Program-made: the position numbers and the translations under genes
Notes under the pieces: model-generated
The model's input: the letters and a program-made list of their open reading frames with translations, nothing else
Told to the model about the DNA's origin: nothing
The model's database searches: none
Part shown: one piece after another, positions 48,223-63,339 of the stretch
Position numbering within the stretch: position 1 is the stretch's first letter
How the letters are laid out: the number at the start of each line of letters is the position of its first letter
Source of the DNA: Eledone cirrhosa
Lineage: Eukaryota
Assembly: GCA_964016885.1 (NCBI GenBank)
Contig: OZ024744.1
Coordinates: forward strand, 59,458,001-59,522,000
Direction of reading: 5' to 3'
Length of the DNA stretch: 64,000 bases

Positions 48223-51200
48223 TTTATATATATATATATATAGATATATATAAAACACACACGCACAGACACACAGGTATACAAAGATAAATCCACACAC
48301 ATACATATACAAAGAAACATACACATCCATATACGCATACAACATACATATACACATACAACATACATACATATACACATAAAGATATTCACACATACAC
48401 GTATACAGATTTACACAAACATAAAAATACATATACAGAGATGCACACTCAGACACATACACAACACACACACACACACACATAAAGAGAAATACGCAGA
48501 GACAGATGCACTTACACACACCTAGACACAGAAGCACACGAATATATACAAACACACGCTGACAAGCAGACACATACACAGATATACACATGCACATGCA
48601 CACATACAAACACACACACACACACTCACGGACACACGCGCACACAGACGATACATATAAACACACACAACCGCAGACACACATCCCACACAAGTTTCTT
48701 TGCCGTGTACACCACATGGGAATTGTTTGATCTTTGAGGTCAGAGGTCACGCCTGAAATTTTGCGATAAAAACTAAACATTCACTTGATACCACCAGCAC
48801 AGCAATGAAAGGAGTGGAGGTAGTGACCAAATGCTGGAATAATGGGTGTAGCAATCGAGTGTAGGGGATAGTACTAGTTGAGGAGCTTAGAGTGACGGAT
48901 GTATATGGTGGGTTATAGGTGGAGGAATGATATAAGGGAGGTAACCGATAAGTGGTTCAATCAAGAGTGGAAGCCCGTATATGTAACTTTGTATGTCTGT
49001 TGTGGGAAGCAGTATGGATGAATGGTTAAGAAGTTTGCTTTACAGTCATGATATCCGGGGTTCGATCTGACTGAGTGGCATATTGGGCAAATGTCTTTTC
49101 CATAGCCCCGAGTAGATCTAAGCTTTGTGAGTAAAATTGGGTAGACAGGAACTGTTTGGAAGTCTAAGTCAGCATTATTAGATTGGCAGTATCGGTAGAG
49201 TGTCGGACGCCTTGCTTTGACGCATGGAGTTACGGCCCTTGCCATTCTGAGTTCAAATCTCGCCGAGGTTAACTTTGCCTTTCATCCTTACGGGGTCGAT
49301 AAAATAAAGTACCAGTCACACACTGGAGTCGATTTAATCGACGTTCTCCTCCCCCCAAATTGCTGGCCTAGTGCCTATATAAGAAAGCATTTGTTGTATG
49401 TGCATGTGTATGTGTTTATATCTGTGTGCGATTACATGGGTGTTAGTGATTGTGTATGTTCCTTTGTCTCTCTCTCTGTGTGTGTGTGTGTGTGTGTGTG
49501 TTCATTTATGAACCATTTCCCTTTCTCTGTAGATATTTCAAGAATCATACAACGAAAAATTCTACCAAAATGTGTTTTGTTTTCAGAATTCTTTGCCAAT
49601 TCCTAAGTAGAATATTTCTACTAAAGAGTTCTAATACGACTGAAACACGTATGTTGATTTCAAACGGTTGGCTTGAAAGATCAAATTTATCTGTATTGTC
49701 AAAAATTTTATCCCCAAATTTTGTTCAAATAATAGTATCGGAGTTATCACCCTTGCTTGCATTTTCTTTTTTTTTCTTAGAGTTTTCACAAACATCGCAT
49801 AGAGCATCCATGCCCACGCCCATTTCCATAAAATACCAAAATAAAAGAAGTAGAAGAAACATTCTATCAAAATGTATCCTTTTTTTCTTTTCTTTAAATG
49901 TATCCTTTTTACTTCTTCGTTAATTTATTAATACAACATTTCTATTAAAATATGCAGAGTAATCTCTTGTTTATAATTTCGGAAGAATATTTAAGATATT
50001 TGCAATTTCACAGACAATTTTTTTCTTTTTCTTTTATTTTTAACATTTTACAATTTCTTATTTTAATGTGCAATTTACGTAAACAATTCTTTAATATTAA
50101 ATTAACAATGAATTTATTTGCTAATTTTTTTAATGAACTTCAGAGGCGCATCAAACCAGATCTTATCCTGGTTCCAAGTGGCGTTAGGCGACTGAGAATA
50201 CAAGACGCAACTCCTTAACATTGGATGGGACGCTAGTCCATTGCAAGTATTGCCTTCTTGCTGTTGATGCTGCTGATACTAATTGTAATTTTAAGTTCAG
50301 TAGATGAGCTACATGAAAATAAAAAAAAAGAGTCATACTAAAGGACCATCTGGTCCGAGACTCGAACTCACAACGTTACGATCTTGAGTTTAACATCCTA
50401 ACAATCAGGCCATGCACTTTCAATAAACACTAATTTGAAGGAGGAAATGAGAAACAGGTGATCCTTAAAGAGATCCGAAAGACGTACTAATCATTTGCCA
50501 GGTGACCTCCTTACCGATTCCACTAAAAATGCCCTTCACGCACTCCCTCTTTCTGAAATTATGTACTTAAGCCAACGTTTTCTGGCGGTATTTAAAAAAA
50601 CCCCTGCAATTCAACCTTCAGTTACTGAGCGTGGCTGGATAAATTATGACCCCCCTCCCCCCCCCCCACATATATATATACATGGTTCCGTAATTCCTGA
50701 TAGAGTCGTAGCGACATACGGCATTTCTTGGGCATTTTAAGCCTGGCAGAACCCATCGAGGCCTGAGTACAGCAGATATCTTCCAGAGAAAGATCGAATA
50801 AGAGAGGAAATGAGAAAAAGATATAGAGGAAGAATCCACCCCAGTACTAACATTTTTTATCGACCTTGAAATGATGAAAGTTGACCTCGGCGGGATTTGA
50901 ACTCGGAGAGCCCGAACAAATACCATAAAGCCTTCTTATCCGACATCCTAATGATTCTGCCAATTGGCCGCCTATTATATATAACTTTGATAGGTTTTGG
51001 TCAGTATTGGCCCACGATATGTTTAACTTAATAGCACCACTTGGCGAAGCCTTTCAAGTCAGGATTTGGACACCATGGCCCACTCAGGTAGGGAGTTATT
51101 GTTTACGGAGACATATCCGTGTGTAGGAGGTTTATCCGTCATTTCTTGAAGGAATTTGTCCAAAGACTTTATGGGGTCTGTTTCTCTTTTAATGCTTTTT

Positions 51201-51655
51201 GGTGTAATATTAAAGAGAGCAGGACCAATTGAGGTGAAATAATTGTGCCGTATTGTTATGAGATGCGAGTGAGAATTTTGTTGTGAGCGGATAGCACGGG
51301 CCCCAAGCCTATGGTGTAATTTAAAGGTGGTGCCAACTTCATTTGGACAATGCTAATGGAATATTTTCCACATCATACAGATAATGTAGCGTTCAACTCA
51401 GTTTATTTAACCCTAAGTGGAAATTATTATATTTGAGAAAATAGGGTTCATAAATGGGAGAAGAGTTGCACATATAGAGTTAGCCTACAGTGCTAAATAC
51501 CGAGGCGACAACCTTTGACTTATTTGTCTATCCACCTGTCATCACCCATTTTGTGACCAACGCCTAGGCCACCATGCTAGTCACTACGTCCAATCATTTA
51601 ACTATTGAGTATTCGTACAAATATATATGCACACACACACACACACACACACATA

Positions 51656-52927
51656 CAGGATGTCACCCCAAAATATATACATACTTCAACAGTATTCTAA
51701 TAAATATTGACTGTACAGGTAATCAAAGTGTGTATACATTTTTTTTTTGGGGGGGGGGACAACAAAAATATATACACACTTCAACAGTATTCTAATAAAT
51801 ATTGACTGTACATGTAATCAAAGTGTGTATATATTTTTGGGGGACAAGAAAAATATATACACACTTCAACAGTATTCTAATAAATATTGACTGTACATGT
51901 AATCAAAGTGTGTATACATTTTTGGGGGACAAGAAAAATATATACATACTTCAACAGTATTCTAATAAATATTGACTGTACATGTAATCAAAGTGTGTAT
52001 ACATTTTTGGGGGACAAGAAAAATATATACATACTTCAACAGTATTCTAATAAATATTGACTGTACAGGTAATCAAAGTGTGTATACATTTTTGGGGGAC
52101 AAGAAAAATATATACATACTTCAACAGTATTCTAATAAATATTGACTGTACATGTAATCAAAGTGTGTATACATTTTTGGGGGACAAGAAAAATATATAC
52201 ATACTTCAACAGTATTCTAATAAATATTGACTGTACATGTAATCAAAGTGTGTATACATTTTTGGGGGACAAGAAAAATATATACATACTTCAACAGTAT
52301 TCTAATAAATATTGACTGTACATGTAATCAAAGTGTGTATACATTTTTGGGGGACAACAAAAATATATACATACTTCAACAGTATTCTAATAAATATTGA
52401 CTGTACATGTAATCAAAGTGTGTATATATTTTTGGGGGACAAGAAAAATATATACATACTTCAACAGTATTCTAATAAATATTGACTGTACAGGTAATCA
52501 AAGTGTGTATACATTTTGGGGGGACAACAAAAATATATACACACTTCAACAGTATTCTAATAAATATTGACTGTACAGGTAATCAAAGTGTGTATACATT
52601 TTTGGGGGACAACAAAAATATATACATACTTCAACAGTATTCTAATAAATATTGACTGTACAGGTAATCAAAGTGTGTATACATTTTGGGGGGACAACAA
52701 AAATATATACACACTTCAACAGTATTCTAATAAATATTGACTGTACAGGTAATCAAAGTGTGTATACATTTTTGGGGGACAACAAAAATATATACATACT
52801 TCAACAGTATTCTAATAAATATTGACTGTACAGGTAATCAAAGTGTGTATACATTTTTGGGGGACAACAAAAATATATACACACTTCAACAGTATTCTAA
52901 TAAATATTGACTGTACAGGTAATCAAA
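51656..52927. repeat. 85-bp minisatellite (~15 units) derived from a Tc1/mariner-type MITE
   Basis: Begins TA|CAGGATGTCACCCAAAA; unit has inverted arms AAAAATATATACACACTT / AAGTGTGTATACATTTTT-GGGGGACA. Confidence 0.9.
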
Positions 52928-53169
52928 TGCAATGAAATTTAATAGCTGCTCTAATAACGTTCGAAAAAGAGGAAACCTTTTAATTCAACCAATGTGTACT
53001 TCCGCTGTTATTTTCTACTTTGCACCAGGCTGCGATCTACTTTGGGTATCTACACGCACCTTACACGTGCAGATATGATATTTTTATATGTTGTGATGGA
53101 CTGCGCACTTCCTACGTTAGCAAGTGTTGATTCTGTGATAGAAGCGTACATGTTTGTGCACTTCTTTAT

Positions 53170-53965
<796 letters not shown>

Positions 53966-54048
53966 TGTTATACTTGGGAGGGTCATATTTGTGTAATAAT
54001 ATTGCCAGAATTAATAACAGAACACCTCGCAAAACTAATTCATCGCCG

Positions 54049-54100
<52 letters not shown>

Positions 54101-54609
54101 AAGTGTGCTGCTAGCAGCCGAAGTATATGATAAAGTTATATCTGTATAAATAAACAATGTGTAACCGACACTAAACCAACATATATAAATATTGCACATA
54201 TCTAATTTGTAGGCATATAAACATGCCAGAAAATACGAATTGTAACTTGGAAAAAGAATTGTTCGGATTGTATTGAACCCCCATGAGAAGATGTGGATAT
54301 CATTGAATACACCACAAAGAAACATGTATTTCTAGGGTATATATTCCATTCCCATTCGCTCCTGGTATTATTCTGAAATGGGCATACTAATTTGCATATA
54401 ATTAGCACTCGTGCATATAGTTAATTAAGAGCGAATGGGTTTATATATTGTTTCTTCCTCTTCTGACTCTCCTCTGTCTTTCTATTTCTTTTTTTTTTCT
54501 GTATCGTTTTGCTGTGTTATTTCCCGTTTACATTTCGTCAAGCACACGCACATACATAAATGCACTCCACCACACACACTCTCTCTCTCTCTCTCTTTCA
54601 TATTATATA

Positions 54610-54821
54610 CAGGGTGGGCCGTAAGTGACGCACCAAAGCATTAAAAACAATTTAGTATACATGTACATTGTATTGTATTAATAACAAAGTTATATTGAAA
54701 TAACAAAAGTATGATTTACATCATCCTATCATCTGTGATTTTAAGGAACTGATTGAGTCCAATGGTTGACATTTTGACACGACAGCTGATGCTGTTGGTG
54801 CATTATCTAAGGCCCACCCTG
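54610..54821. mobile_element. Tc1/mariner-type MITE
   Basis: TA|CAGGGTGGGCC ... GGCCCACCCTG|TA. Confidence 0.85.
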
Positions 54822-54907
54822 TATGTATATATATATATATATATATCCAAAATTAAATTAAGGGTTGTCATGTCTGAGAGACATGCGCCAAAATCTATTT
54901 CTAGTTG

Positions 54908-55002
<95 letters not shown>

Positions 55003-55109
55003 CGCCTCTCTCTCCCCAAAGCATATGCCTCAGTCAGCATGATCGCAATCTTATGGCCAAAACCAGTAAAGGATAACAATAAAAGTGTATTACGCCGTCA
55101 GTGATACCT

Positions 55110-55500
55110 TAATGGTTTAGCTGTTCTGCTCACTATTTCGATTTCCGGCGACATGTTGTGTCCTTGAGCAAGACACTTTATTACATTTTGCTCTAATCCA
55201 CTCAGCTGGCAAAATTATTTTACCAGTATTTTTCAAAGGGCCAGCTTGTCACACACTGTGCCACGCTGAAGGTTACGGGTGTATGATCCATGGAATACTC
55301 AGCCACATACATGACAATAGATTAACTGTGCCTTACAATGAAAGGGCCAGCCTTGTCACACATTGTGTCACACTGGATCTCTCCGAAAATTACGTTATGG
55401 GTAGACGTTCTTGTGGAATGTTCAGCCATTTGCACGTTAGTTTCACGAGCAGGCTATTTTGTTAATCAAACAACTAAAACACTGCTCGAGGTCCATCACA
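55110..55500 (+). mobile_element. Second SINE family (related copies ~40520-40750 + and ~56830-56990 -)
   Basis: GTGTCCTTGAGCAAGACACTTTA CORE-like segment; AAAGGGCCAGC..GTCACAC. Confidence 0.7.
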
Positions 55501-55831
55501 CACTAACAGACAGGCTCTTCCAATTTTTAATAACACCCCCAGAGAGAAAGTTGGGACAGTTCAAATATTATTTCTTTACAGATGAATATAATTAGAACGC
55601 TCGTATCCGAAACAGATGGAGGTCCAACACCACCACCACCACCCCCAATCACGTAAACAAGCTCAGAGAGAGAGGGGTGGGGCAGTTCAAATATTATCTC
55701 TTTACGGATGAATATAATTAGAACGTTCGTCGTCGAAACCGGTGGAGGTCCAATACACACATCTCCACCAAGAAAACAAGCAAGAGGAATGAAAAAAAAA
55801 AAAAAATGTTTCAAGTAATGTGAACATTTAC

Positions 55832-56171
55832 CAAGGCAACCAAGTCGCAGATAGAAGTTGATTCCTTCTCCAACATGGGCGGCAGTTCCTTCAGTGGGTA
55901 GCTCTAAGTGGCTTTGTGAAGTGGTGCGTGATGAAGTGGACAGTTCATCAGCACTGCAGCTCTTGTTGGCAATGTGATCGGACAGGACCTGCTCCTCGTT
56001 GTCCTCGCTGATTGGTTCTGTCTGGTTGCATTTGTGCAGGTTGTCCTGGCTCCTTCGAATTGTGATGCGGAGGTTCTTCTCGAAGTATGTGTTCTTCATT
56101 CCTCGTAGCAGGTGAACGTGGAAGTAGAGCAGTATAATCAGTGAAATGGTGTATAAATATACCAAGAATAC
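55832..56171 (-). CDS. Otop: Otopetrin, most 5' exon in the window (340 nt)
   Basis: catctcAG/GTaaat; VFLVYLYTISLIILLYFH..GEGINFYLRLGCL; phase 1 end joins the next exon. Confidence 0.93.
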
Positions 56172-56326
56172 CTGAGATGAATTAGAAGAAAGAAACAAAT
56201 AAATAAATAAATAAATAAATAAATAAATCGAACATTAAAAATATATATAAAGTTAAGTTGAAATTGAACAGAAATTAAGATAAGAATATGAATAAAAGTG
56301 TAAAATGTAAATAACAATTTAAAAAT

Positions 56327-56366
<40 letters not shown>

Positions 56367-58582
56367 GGGGAGAGAGAGAGAGAGTAAAAATAAAAACTGT
56401 AAAAAAAAAAAAAATACACCACGGTTTCAAATTTGCACTCATTGCCTGAGGGGACGGAAAATTGATTAAATCGATCAATAGTACTTAACTGGTAGTTTTA
56501 TTTTATTGACATCGAAAAGATGAAACGACCTCGGCCGGATTTGAACTCAGAAAGTAAAGAGCTGTAACTAAATACCGTAAAGCATTTTCTGTGATGCTTT
56601 AACAATTCTGCCAGTCCACTGCCAGCGTCGGACATGCTTTATGGCATAGAGTTACGGCCCTTTACGATCTGAGTTCAAATCCTGCCGAGGTTAGCTTTGC
56701 CTTTCAACCTTACGAAGTCGATAAAATAAAGTACCAGTAATACACTGGGGTCGATTTAGTCGACTTTCTCCTCTCCCTATATCAGAAACTAATATTATTT
56801 TTAACAGTGGAACATGGAATGGGCCACTGTCAGTTTCGACGATGATTGATTCACTTGTTCGAACTGCTTGCTCATGAAATTAGCGTGTAGGTGGCTGAGC
56901 ATTCCATAAACACGTATACCCTAAAGTTAATTCTCAAAGAGATTCAGCGTGATACTATGTTTATCGAGCTGGCCCTTTGAATTACAGGCACAGTCCCAAC
57001 AACATTAGTTAACCCAGTTCCATTCATAAAGTTTGGGTCAAACCGAGGTAAGGGTAAGGGAAGTTGCTTAAGATTCCACGCAATAGGATTAAACTTTCTA
57101 ACCGCCCGACAGGTAAATATTTACAGTGACACCCATGTAGACCAGTGGCGGTTTAAGGGAGATTAGGCTATAGCCAGGGATCCCCATAATATGTAAAGAA
57201 CTCTAAATTAAATTTTTCGATGCCATAAATGATACACAAACGCTCCCGATGAAATGTTCAGTAGGGGCCCCATGCAAGCTTAATTTTTACCCTGACGGCG
57301 ATGCTAAAAAACTACGCACAAAGAGAGATGTTAGCAAGTCACAATATTATGATAGCTAATTGTATTACCCAGCTAAACATTATCCTATATACTTGCATAC
57401 TTAACAATAATAGACTAAGAGGGGTTAAATAAACAATGTATTGTTACAAAAGACAGAACATAGAATCAATAGACAACTAGAAGAGTAGATTAAAGTATCG
57501 AGTATATGATATATATATATTCTACGTAGAGAAACGGAAACAAGTAAAATATACCAGATGACAGCTTATAACGCTTCTAGAACAAATAAATAAGAATAAG
57601 GAAAATACGTAGCGTCCGATGGTTAAATGATGGATTCCACTTGTTGGGAGAAATGTATATGGTGTGAGGAAGGCACCCGTGAAGTCGAATGGCTGATACG
57701 GCACATATTGACTGGCTGTTCTCCGCAGTAATAGCTTCACCATCTCGTCAGCAGAGCAGGGTGCAGCAGAGATAAACCACCCAGCTATAGGTGTAGAGTC
57801 CCCCCCCCCCCCCCGATCCCTTCCTTTTTTTTTAAAACTTAATTTTTCTTTCTACTCCTTTTTCTTTCTTCTCCTTTTCTGGTTATTATTTTTGTAATAC
57901 TTTCATTATTGTTTGACAGTATCAAATCCCGCCCGAGGTTAACTTTACCTTTCATCCTTACGGGGTCGATAACATAAAGTAGCAGTAATGTACTGGAGTA
58001 ATTGCTGGCCTTGTGCAAAAAGTAGAAACAATTATTATATATTTTTGTTCGTTTCTAAAGAAACAAAAACCGTACACGTCTTGTACTGAAGCCAATTCTT
58101 TCTTTCTTTCTCCCCCCCTCTCTCTCTACGTCTCTTCCCTCTCTTTCTTTTCCTGGAAGAAATCGGTTGCATCCATATTAATATCTGGGGAGAAATGGGC
58201 TCCACTAGATTTAAGTGACCAAGACATAATGCATGTCTTGACGCCCCCCTCCCCATACAACTTCATTAGGTGTTCAGGACCCATTGATGGTTGGATGAAT
58301 GGATGGTGTATATATATATGTGTGTGTGTGTGTGTGTAAAACTGTATGTATGAAAATTGTGTGAACGAGGAAGAAAAATTAATATTAGAGATATAATATT
58401 ACAAAAAATATTATAAACGCATCTCAGTAGAAGTCTATCTTAAACAGTCTGTCTAAAACCTCATTTTTTGTGTCTGCTGCCACGCCCGGCTCCGTGGCAT
58501 TGGATTGGAACATGGCAACTACATTCTATAGCCTATCTATCTATCTATTTTTATTTCTATATATCCATCTGGTTGGCTGTCA

Positions 58583-58642
<60 letters not shown>

Positions 58643-59074
58643 CCTCTTTCTAATATGGTGTAGCATAGTACAGTATAGTAATGTAGTGTAGAATAGTACA
58701 GTACAGTATAGTATAGCATACTATAGTATAGTGCCATATAGTATAGTACAGTATAGTATAATACAGTATAATATAGTGTAGTATAGTGTAATATAATATA
58801 GTGTTGTATAGTATATCAGACAGTATCAGTGCAGTTGTTATTGTTTAGTCTCACTCAAAGGTCAGCCTTCCCTCACTTCGTCACCTCAACTATGGTCCCC
58901 ATCACATGCGCTGGAACTTTATCAATATCAAAAGGATAAAAGGAAAAATTGATTTTGGCGGGATCTGAACTGAGAGCGCAGAGAGCCAGATTAAAGGCAT
59001 TTAATCTGGCGACTTAACCACTCTGCTAATTCACAGATCATATGTCTGTTGAACCAGAAATGTTCTGGAGCTCC

Positions 59075-59335
59075 ACAACAACAACAGCACCATCATAAGC
59101 AGCAACAACGACGACGACGGCGGCAACAACAAAAACAATAACAAGGACATCAACAACAACAGCGCCATCCCACCACCAACACCCACTACCAACAACAACA
59201 ACAACATCAACAACATCAACATAACCACCACCAACATCAACATAACCACCACCACCACCAACAACAACAACAAGTACAACAAGAACAAGAACGATAACAA
59301 GGACATCAACAACAACAACAACAACGACATCATCA
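59075..59335. repeat. Degenerate (CAA)n
   Basis: Directly visible. Confidence 0.9.
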
Positions 59336-59405
59336 GGATTTAAAAAAAAAAAATAGTCTGATCAGTGAAGAGAGTAGAACATACACAGCATGACAGAGTT
59401 GGCAG

Positions 59406-61215
59406 AATGGTTAGAACATAGATAGACTTCTTCTAATGGTTAGAACATAGATAGACTTCTTCTAATGGTTAGAACATAGACTTCTTCTAATGGTTAGAAC
59501 ATAGATAGACTTCTTCTAATGGTTAGAACATAGATAGACTTCTTCTAATGGCTAGAACATAGATAGACTTCTTCTAATGGTTAGAACATAGATAGACTTC
59601 TTTGTGGGATTTCTTCTAATGGTTAGAACATAGATAGACTTCTTTGTGGGATTTCTTCTAATGGTTAGAACATAGATAGACTTCTTTGTGGGATTTCTTC
59701 TAATGGTTAGAACATAGATAGACTTCTTTGTGGGATTTCTTCTAATGGTTAGAACATAGATAGACTTCTTTGTGGGATTTCTTCTAATGGTTAGAACATA
59801 GATAGACTTCTTTGTGGGATTTCTTCTAATGGTTAGAACATAGATAGACTTCTTTGTGGGATTTCTTCTAATGGTTAGAACATAGATAGACTTCTTTGTG
59901 GGATTTCTTCTAATGGTTAGAACATAGATAGACTTCTTTGTGGGATTTCTTCTAATGGTTAGAACATAGATAGACTTCTTTGTGGGATTCCTTCTAATGG
60001 TTAGAACATAGATAGACTTCTTTGTGGGATTTCTTCTAATGGTTAGAACATAGATAGACTTCTTTGTGGGATTCCTTCTAATTGTTAGAACATAGATAGA
60101 CTTCTTCTAATGGTTAGAACATAGATAGACTTCTTTGTGGGATTTCTTCTAATGGTTAGAACATAGATAGACTTCTTTGTGGGATTTCTTCTAATGGTTA
60201 GAACATAGATAGACTTCTTTGTGGGATTCCTTCTAATTGTTAGAACATAGATAGACTTCTTCTAATGGTTAGAACATAGATAGACTTCTTTGTGGGATTT
60301 CTTCTAATGGTTAGAACATAGATAGACTTCTTTGTGGGATTTCTTCTAATGGTTAGAACATAGATAGACTTCTTTGTGGGATTTCTTCTAATGGTTAGAA
60401 CATAGATAGACTTCTTTGTGGGATTCCTTCTAATGGTTAGAACATAGATAGACTTCTTTGTGGAATTTCTTCTAATGGTTAGAACATAGATAGACTTCTT
60501 TGTGGGATTTCTTCTAATGGTTAGAACATAGATAGACTTCTTTGTGGGATTTCTTCTAATGGTTAGAACATAGATAGACTTCTTTGTGGGATTTCTTCTA
60601 ATGGTTAGAACATAGATAGACTTCTTTGTGGGATTTCTTCTAATGGTTAGAACATAGATAGACTTCTTTGTGGGATTCCTTCTAATGGTTAGAACATAGA
60701 TAGACTTCTTTGTGGGATTTCTTCTAATGGTTAGAACATAGATAGACTTCTTTGTGGGATTCCTTCTAATGGTTAGAACATAGATAGACTTCTTTGTGGG
60801 ATTTCTTCTAATGGTTAGAACATAGATAGACTTCTTTGTGGGATTTCTTCTAATGGTTAGAACATAGATAGACTTCTTTGTGGGATTTCTTCTAATGGTT
60901 AGAACATAGATAGACTTCTTTGTGGGATTTCTTCTAATGGTTAGAACATAGATAGACTTCTTTGTGGGATTTCTTCTAATGGTTAGAACATAGATAGACT
61001 TCTTTGTGGGATTTCTTCTAATGGTTAGAACATAGATAGACTTCTTTGTGGGATTTCTTCTAATGGTTAGAACATAGATAGACTTCTTTGTGGGATTTCT
61101 TCTAATGGTTAGAACATAGATAGACTTCTTTGTGGGATTCCTTCTAATGGTTAGAACATAGATAGACTTCTTCTAATGGTTAGAACATAGATAGACTTCT
61201 TTGTGGGATTCCTTC
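59406..61215 (+). repeat. 42-bp (some 29-bp) minisatellite, ~45 units, expanded inside a SINE head (SINE ~59391-61290)
   Basis: AATGGTTAGAACATAGATAGACTTCTTTGTGGGATTTCTTCT; preceded by GAGTTGGCAG (A box), followed by GAGTCCAAATCCCGCCGAGG (B box). Confidence 0.95.
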
Positions 61216-61843
61216 TGGCTCCCTAAGTTCTGAGTCCAAATCCCGCCGAGGTCAACTTTACATTTTTATCCTTTTGGGGATCGATAAACAACACAGCAGC
61301 CCAAACCGATGGAGTCGCAGAATTATTTTGGGGGCCGAATGGGACAACTTGCGGAAGTTGTTCCGGTTTTCTATGTTCTAGTTTAAATCGTGTCATGGCC
61401 TATACTTGGATGGTAGATTTAAACCGTCGTCCAGTTTAACACCACCACTTGACCCCAGAGATCCCCTCCCCACCTTGTTGTAAGCATTTGGTTAGGGTTT
61501 TTGGTTTTGAAAATACCTTCATCTCTCTCACCTGTCACCTGTCTAGTAAGCCCTGAAAAAAGTTATGGCCACTACCCTTCCTTTTTGTATGGTCCCCGAT
61601 AGAGTTGTAGGGACGCCGTATTGACATACGGCATTTCTAGGGCATTTTAAGTCTGGCAGAACCCACCCTTCTCCAGGCCAGAGTACAGCAGATTTCTTCC
61701 AGAGAAAGAGAGGAAATGAGAAAGAGATATAGAGGAAGAATCGACCCCAGTGCAAGACTGGTACTTTTTTATCGACCTCGAAATGATGAAAGGCAAAGTT
61801 GACCTCGGCGGGTTTTGAACTCAGAGAGCAGAGAGCTGGAATA

Positions 61844-62728
61844 AATACCATAAAGTACTCTATCAGACGTTCTAACAACACTGCCAATACCATAAAGTAC
61901 TCTATCAGACGTTCTAACAACACTGCCAATACCATAAAGTACTCTATCAGACGTTCTAACAACACTGCCAATACCATAAAGTACTCTATCAGACGTTCTA
62001 ACAACACTGCCAATACCATAAAGTACTCTATCAGACGTTCTAACGACACTGCCAATACCATAAAGTACTCTATCAGACGTTCTAACGACACTGCCAATAC
62101 TATAAAGTACTCTATCAGACGTTCTAACAACACTGCCAATACCATAAAGTACTCTATCAGACGTTCTAACAACACTGCCAATACCATAAAGTACTCTATC
62201 AGACGTTCTAACGACACTGCCAATACTATAAAGTACTCTATCAGACGTTCTAACAACACTGCCAATACCATAAAGTACTCTATCAGACGTTCTAACGACA
62301 ATACTATAAAGTACTCTATCAGACGTTCTAACGACAATACCATAAAGTACTCTATCAGACGTTCTAACAACACTGCCAATACCATAAAGTACTCTATCAG
62401 ACGTTCTAACAACACTGCCAATACCATAAAGTACTCTATCAGACGTTCTAACGACACTGCCAATACTATAAAGTACTCTATCAGACGTTCTAACAACACT
62501 GCCAATACCATAAAGTACTCTATCAGACGTTCTAACGACAATACTATAAAGTACTCTATCAGACGTTCTAACGACAATACCATAAAGTACTCTATCAGAC
62601 GTTCTAACAACAATACCATAAAGTACTCTATCAGACGTTCTAACAACAATACCATAAAGTACTCTATCAGACGTTCTAACAACAATACCATAAAGTACTC
62701 TATCAGACGTTCTAACAACACTGCCAAT
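61844..62728 (-). repeat. 42/36-bp minisatellite, 22 units, expanded inside a minus-strand SINE head (SINE ~61590-62737)
   Basis: Minus unit GGCAGTGTTGTTAGAACGTCTGATAGAGTACTTTATGGTATT between SINE start and B box; long tail shared with 50690-50975. Confidence 0.95.
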
Positions 62729-63339
62729 TCTCCACCCATTCTTCCTTTTTATAAAACAGTAACACAAATAATAATTGTTTCTACTTTTGGCACAAGGCCA
62801 GGAATTATTTCAGTGTTTTACTGGTACTTTATTATATCGACCCCCGTAAGGATGAAAGGTAAAGTTAACATCGACGGGATTTGAACTCAAACCGTAAAGG
62901 GCCGTAACTATGCGTAAAAGCATGGCGTCCGACCCTCTACCGATACTGCCAATCCTATTTAAAAAAAAAAAATAATAGTGACATAAAAGAAAACAAATAC
63001 CATTAATTACTGTAGATGACAAAATGTGGTAGTCCTCAACTAGACAGAGATATATTTGTATATACAAAACTAAAGATCAATGGATCGCACCTAGTTGATG
63101 GACAGACTACTTACATGCCATTGGTCGACTGGAGCAGTGCGAAACAATAATAATTTCTTTCTTCCCTACCAACATGCTCTTTCTCCCCACCTTTTAGACC
63201 CCTCTCTCTCATATATATATTTCTGCTGGACACCACCAGAGGGCGATAGCCCCAGTGTTTTGCATAGCTACGGCTTTCTAAATGTTTATCCATAAACATA
63301 CCGTATTTCTTTAGAAATACAAAATTTCAATACATATCT

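Noticed and set aside
61543-62884. Three long repetitive ORFs (398, 332, 361 aa)
   Set aside because: By-product of a 42/36-bp SINE-derived minisatellite with period divisible by 3
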